DNA from: Candidatus Liptonbacteria bacterium
Lineage (GTDB): Bacteria; Patescibacteriota; Minisyncoccia; UBA6257; 2-01-FULL-56-20
Direction of reading: 5' to 3'
Length of the DNA stretch: 49,385 bases
Assembly: GCA_016867315.1 (NCBI GenBank)
Contig: VGJV01000002.1
Location: 1-49,385 of the forward strand
The translations under genes and the position numbers were made by a program. A model generated the notes under the pieces. The model saw only the letters and a list, made by a program, of their open reading frames with translations. It made no database searches and was not told where the DNA came from. Below are positions 47,113 through 49,385 of the stretch, piece by piece. The first letter of the stretch is position 1; each line of letters starts with the position of its first letter.

Positions 47113-49385
47113 TTAGTACCCTACAAATGTCGAGCGGTACGCCTTGAGGGCTGTAGTAACCTTTATAGGAGAAATCTTTTTATTCCCCGACCGCAATCGG
47201 ATTTCTTTTTCCACAACTTTCCCGAGACACGCAAACGCATTGCCTTTGAGCGTATGTTCGAATTCTTTTTGCTGCTTAGGATTCACGCTCACGAGTATCC
47301 GTCCCTGACTCTCCGAAAAAAGCGCGGCATATTCGCTTCTCACTTCTCCCGGAATTATAGCGAGATCGAGTTCCGCCCCTAAATTCCCCGCCATGGCACT
47401 CTTCATGATTGCAATGCCTAATCCGCCCCGCCCCACACTTATTGCCGAGGCGATAAGTCCCTGCTCCGCCGCGTTCGCAAAAGCCGCGTAAAGCTTTTTA
47501 TTTGTTGCGGCGTTTACTTTAGGCACCTTATTCCCCCAAAGCACCTTCTTATGCGCCTCAGACTGCCACATCGCGTACTCCGAGCCTCCCAATTCCTCAT
47601 GCGTCTCTCCCAACACATACACCAAATCTCCCGCGAATTTGAAATCGATGGAGGGCACATTAGTGGCCTCTTTTGCAATGCCGATTGCGGAAATAAGGAG
47701 CGTCGGCGGAATAGAAATCGCTACGGAATTCCCTTTCGCATCGAAGCCTTTAAAATCATTGAACATGCTGTCCTTTCCCGAAATGAATGGCGCCTCAAAC
47801 GCGACTGCGGTGTCATAGCACGCGCGGAGCGCCTCCTTAAGCTGCGCCAGTCGCTCCGGGTCATACGAACTGCACCAGCAGAAATTATCGAGGAGCGCAA
47901 TGCGCTCGGGATCAGCTCCTGCAACCACCGCCGCGCGAATAGCAGTGTCGATTGCCGAAGCCGCCATATTATATGCATTGATTTCGGAATATGTGGGATA
48001 AAGGCCCTGCGAGAGCACCACTCCCTGCGGCGAGTCTAACCGCGGCCGCGTAACGGTCGCTTCCACATTTACTCTGCCTTTCCCTGCGAGCGGCTTCGTC
48101 ACCGACCCCGCCTGCACTTCGTGATCATATTGCTTGGAGATAAATTCAAAACTCGCGAGATTCGGCCGTGCGAGGAGTGCAAGCAATGCCGCAGATAAAT
48201 CTTTGGCTTTGGTCTGCATGGGTTCCCCGAACTGCACCGCACGGGACCTCGAGTGAAGCTCTTTCCGTACCCAGCCCTCATGGAGAAACTCCATTTCCAT
48301 ATCCATGATTTTTTCTCCGCCATACCGCACCACGCATCGGCCGGAATCCGTAAACGTCCCGATCACCGTAGCCTCTACTCCTCGCCGCGCGAGAAGCTCC
48401 GAAAACGCTTTCCACTTTTTAGGAGGCACCGCCAAGGTCATCCGCTCCTGGGATTCCGAGATCCAAATCTGCCACGGCTCAAGCCCCGGATACTTGAGCG
48501 GCACCTTGTCGAGCTCTACTTCGCATCCCCCTGCTTCTTTAGCCATCTCCGCCACCGAACACGAAATTCCTCCCGCCCCATTGTCCGTAATGCTCGAGTA
48601 AAGTTCCATGTCTCGCGCTTCTTTGACAAGCACATCCGAAAGCTTTTTCTGCGTGATGGGATCTCCGATCTGCACTGCGGTGGCCGGACTCCCCGCATCG
48701 AGCGCGACCGACGAGAATGTCGCCCCGTGAATACCATCCTGCCCCACGCGGTTGCCCGCCATCACGATCAAATCCCCCGGATTAGCTTTTTTCTCATACA
48801 GTTTCCGGGCAGGGCCCCGTGAGCCCGCAGGGCTTTTACGGGGAATAATTCCCACCGTGCCCACAAACACGAGCGGCTTCCCGCGGAATCGCGGATCAAA
48901 CCATACAAACCCCTGCGGCGTGGGAATTCCGGAACAGTTTCCTCCGGCATTCACCCCCGCGATCACTCCTTCCATAATCCGCCGCGCGGGCAAAAGCTTC
49001 TGCATCCGCGCCTGATCTCTGTAAAATTCGGATTTGTCGCGCGGATCGGCGAAACAAAATCCATACGTATTAATCGTGGGCTTCGCCCCCAATCCAAATC
49101 CCATCGTATCCCGATTCACTCCCACGATTCCCGTGATCGCTCCGCCAAAGGGATCGAGTGCCGATGGACTGTTATGCGTCTCCACCTTATGCGTCACAAG
49201 ATACTCTTCATCGAATTCAATCGCTCCCGAGTTATCAGTAAACACCGACACGCAAAAATCTTTTTTGCCTTTCGCTTTACGAATTTTATTCGTCGCGGCC
49301 TTGATATACCTCCGATAAAATCCTTCCTTCACTTCATCCACGGGACAGGCAAAAATGGTGTGTTTGCAATGCTCCGACCACGTCT
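47113..49385 (-). CDS. purL: FGAM synthase PurL (5' end beyond the window)
   Basis: WSEHCKH in frame upstream of the listed start, KVETHNSPS..DPF.GA.TG, DNGAGG, SESQERM, ISGKDS, LFSES.GR. Confidence 0.97.
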   Translation of the reverse strand, partial: TWSEHCKHTIFACPVDEVKEGFYRRYIKAATNKIRKAKGKKDFCVSVFTDNSGAIEFDEEYLVTHKVETHNSPSALDPFGGAITGIVGVNRDTMGFGLGAKPTINTYGFCFADPRDKSEFYRDQARMQKLLPARRIMEGVIAGVNAGGNCSGIPTPQGFVWFDPRFRGKPLVFVGTVGIIPRKSPAGSRGPARKLYEKKANPGDLIVMAGNRVGQDGIHGATFSSVALDAGSPATAVQIGDPITQKKLSDVLVKEARDMELYSSITDNGAGGISCSVAEMAKEAGGCEVELDKVPLKYPGLEPWQIWISESQERMTLAVPPKKWKAFSELLARRGVEATVIGTFTDSGRCVVRYGGEKIMDMEMEFLHEGWVRKELHSRSRAVQFGEPMQTKAKDLSAALLALLARPNLASFEFISKQYDHEVQAGSVTKPLAGKGRVNVEATVTRPRLDSPQGVVLSQGLYPTYSEINAYNMAASAIDTAIRAAVVAGADPERIALLDNFCWCSSYDPERLAQLKEALRACYDTAVAFEAPFISGKDSMFNDFKGFDAKGNSVAISIPPTLLISAIGIAKEATNVPSIDFKFAGDLVYVLGETHEELGGSEYAMWQSEAHKKVLWGNKVPKVNAATNKKLYAAFANAAEQGLIASAISVGRGGLGIAIMKSAMAGNLGAELDLAIIPGEVRSEYAALFSESQGRILVSVNPKQQKEFEHTLKGNAFACLGKVVEKEIRLRSGNKKISPIKVTTALKAYRSTFVGY

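Noticed and set aside
36708-49318. Many long antisense or alternate-frame ORFs in the GC-rich part
   Set aside because: They are shadows of well-supported pur genes.

Overview
The window has two compositionally and phylogenetically distinct parts. Bases 1-~36427 are AT-rich archaeal DNA that looks DPANN, most likely Pacearchaeota/Woesearchaeota-like (inference). It carries rpl15e, TFE, TFS, topA, ScpB, FtsZ, GatDE, GatA/GatC, archaeal-type ProRS, bacterial-type MetRS and AspRS, two intron-containing tRNAs (Lys-CUU, Arg-UCG) and TATA boxes. Bases 36428-49385 are a more GC-rich bacterial, CPR/Patescibacteria-like (inference) de novo purine cluster on the minus strand (purL-purQ-purF-purN-purD-purK-purE-purM) with interleaved accessory genes and a sigma70 promoter. 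The switch falls exactly at the purM stop codon, so chimeric or concatenated assembly must be excluded before invoking transfer. The most novel signal is a family of nested palindromic elements in the archaeal part. A ~110-220 bp multi-stem scaffold shows compensatory base changes between copies. A ~50 bp double-hairpin module occurs in both orientations at AAA^A sites without target duplication, with an apparent empty site also present in the window. A related module sits inside a 147-nt tRNA intron and between duplicated gene ends. No cognate transposase, integrase or reverse transcriptase is visible. All calls come from motif recognition by eye; no database searches or folding programs were run.
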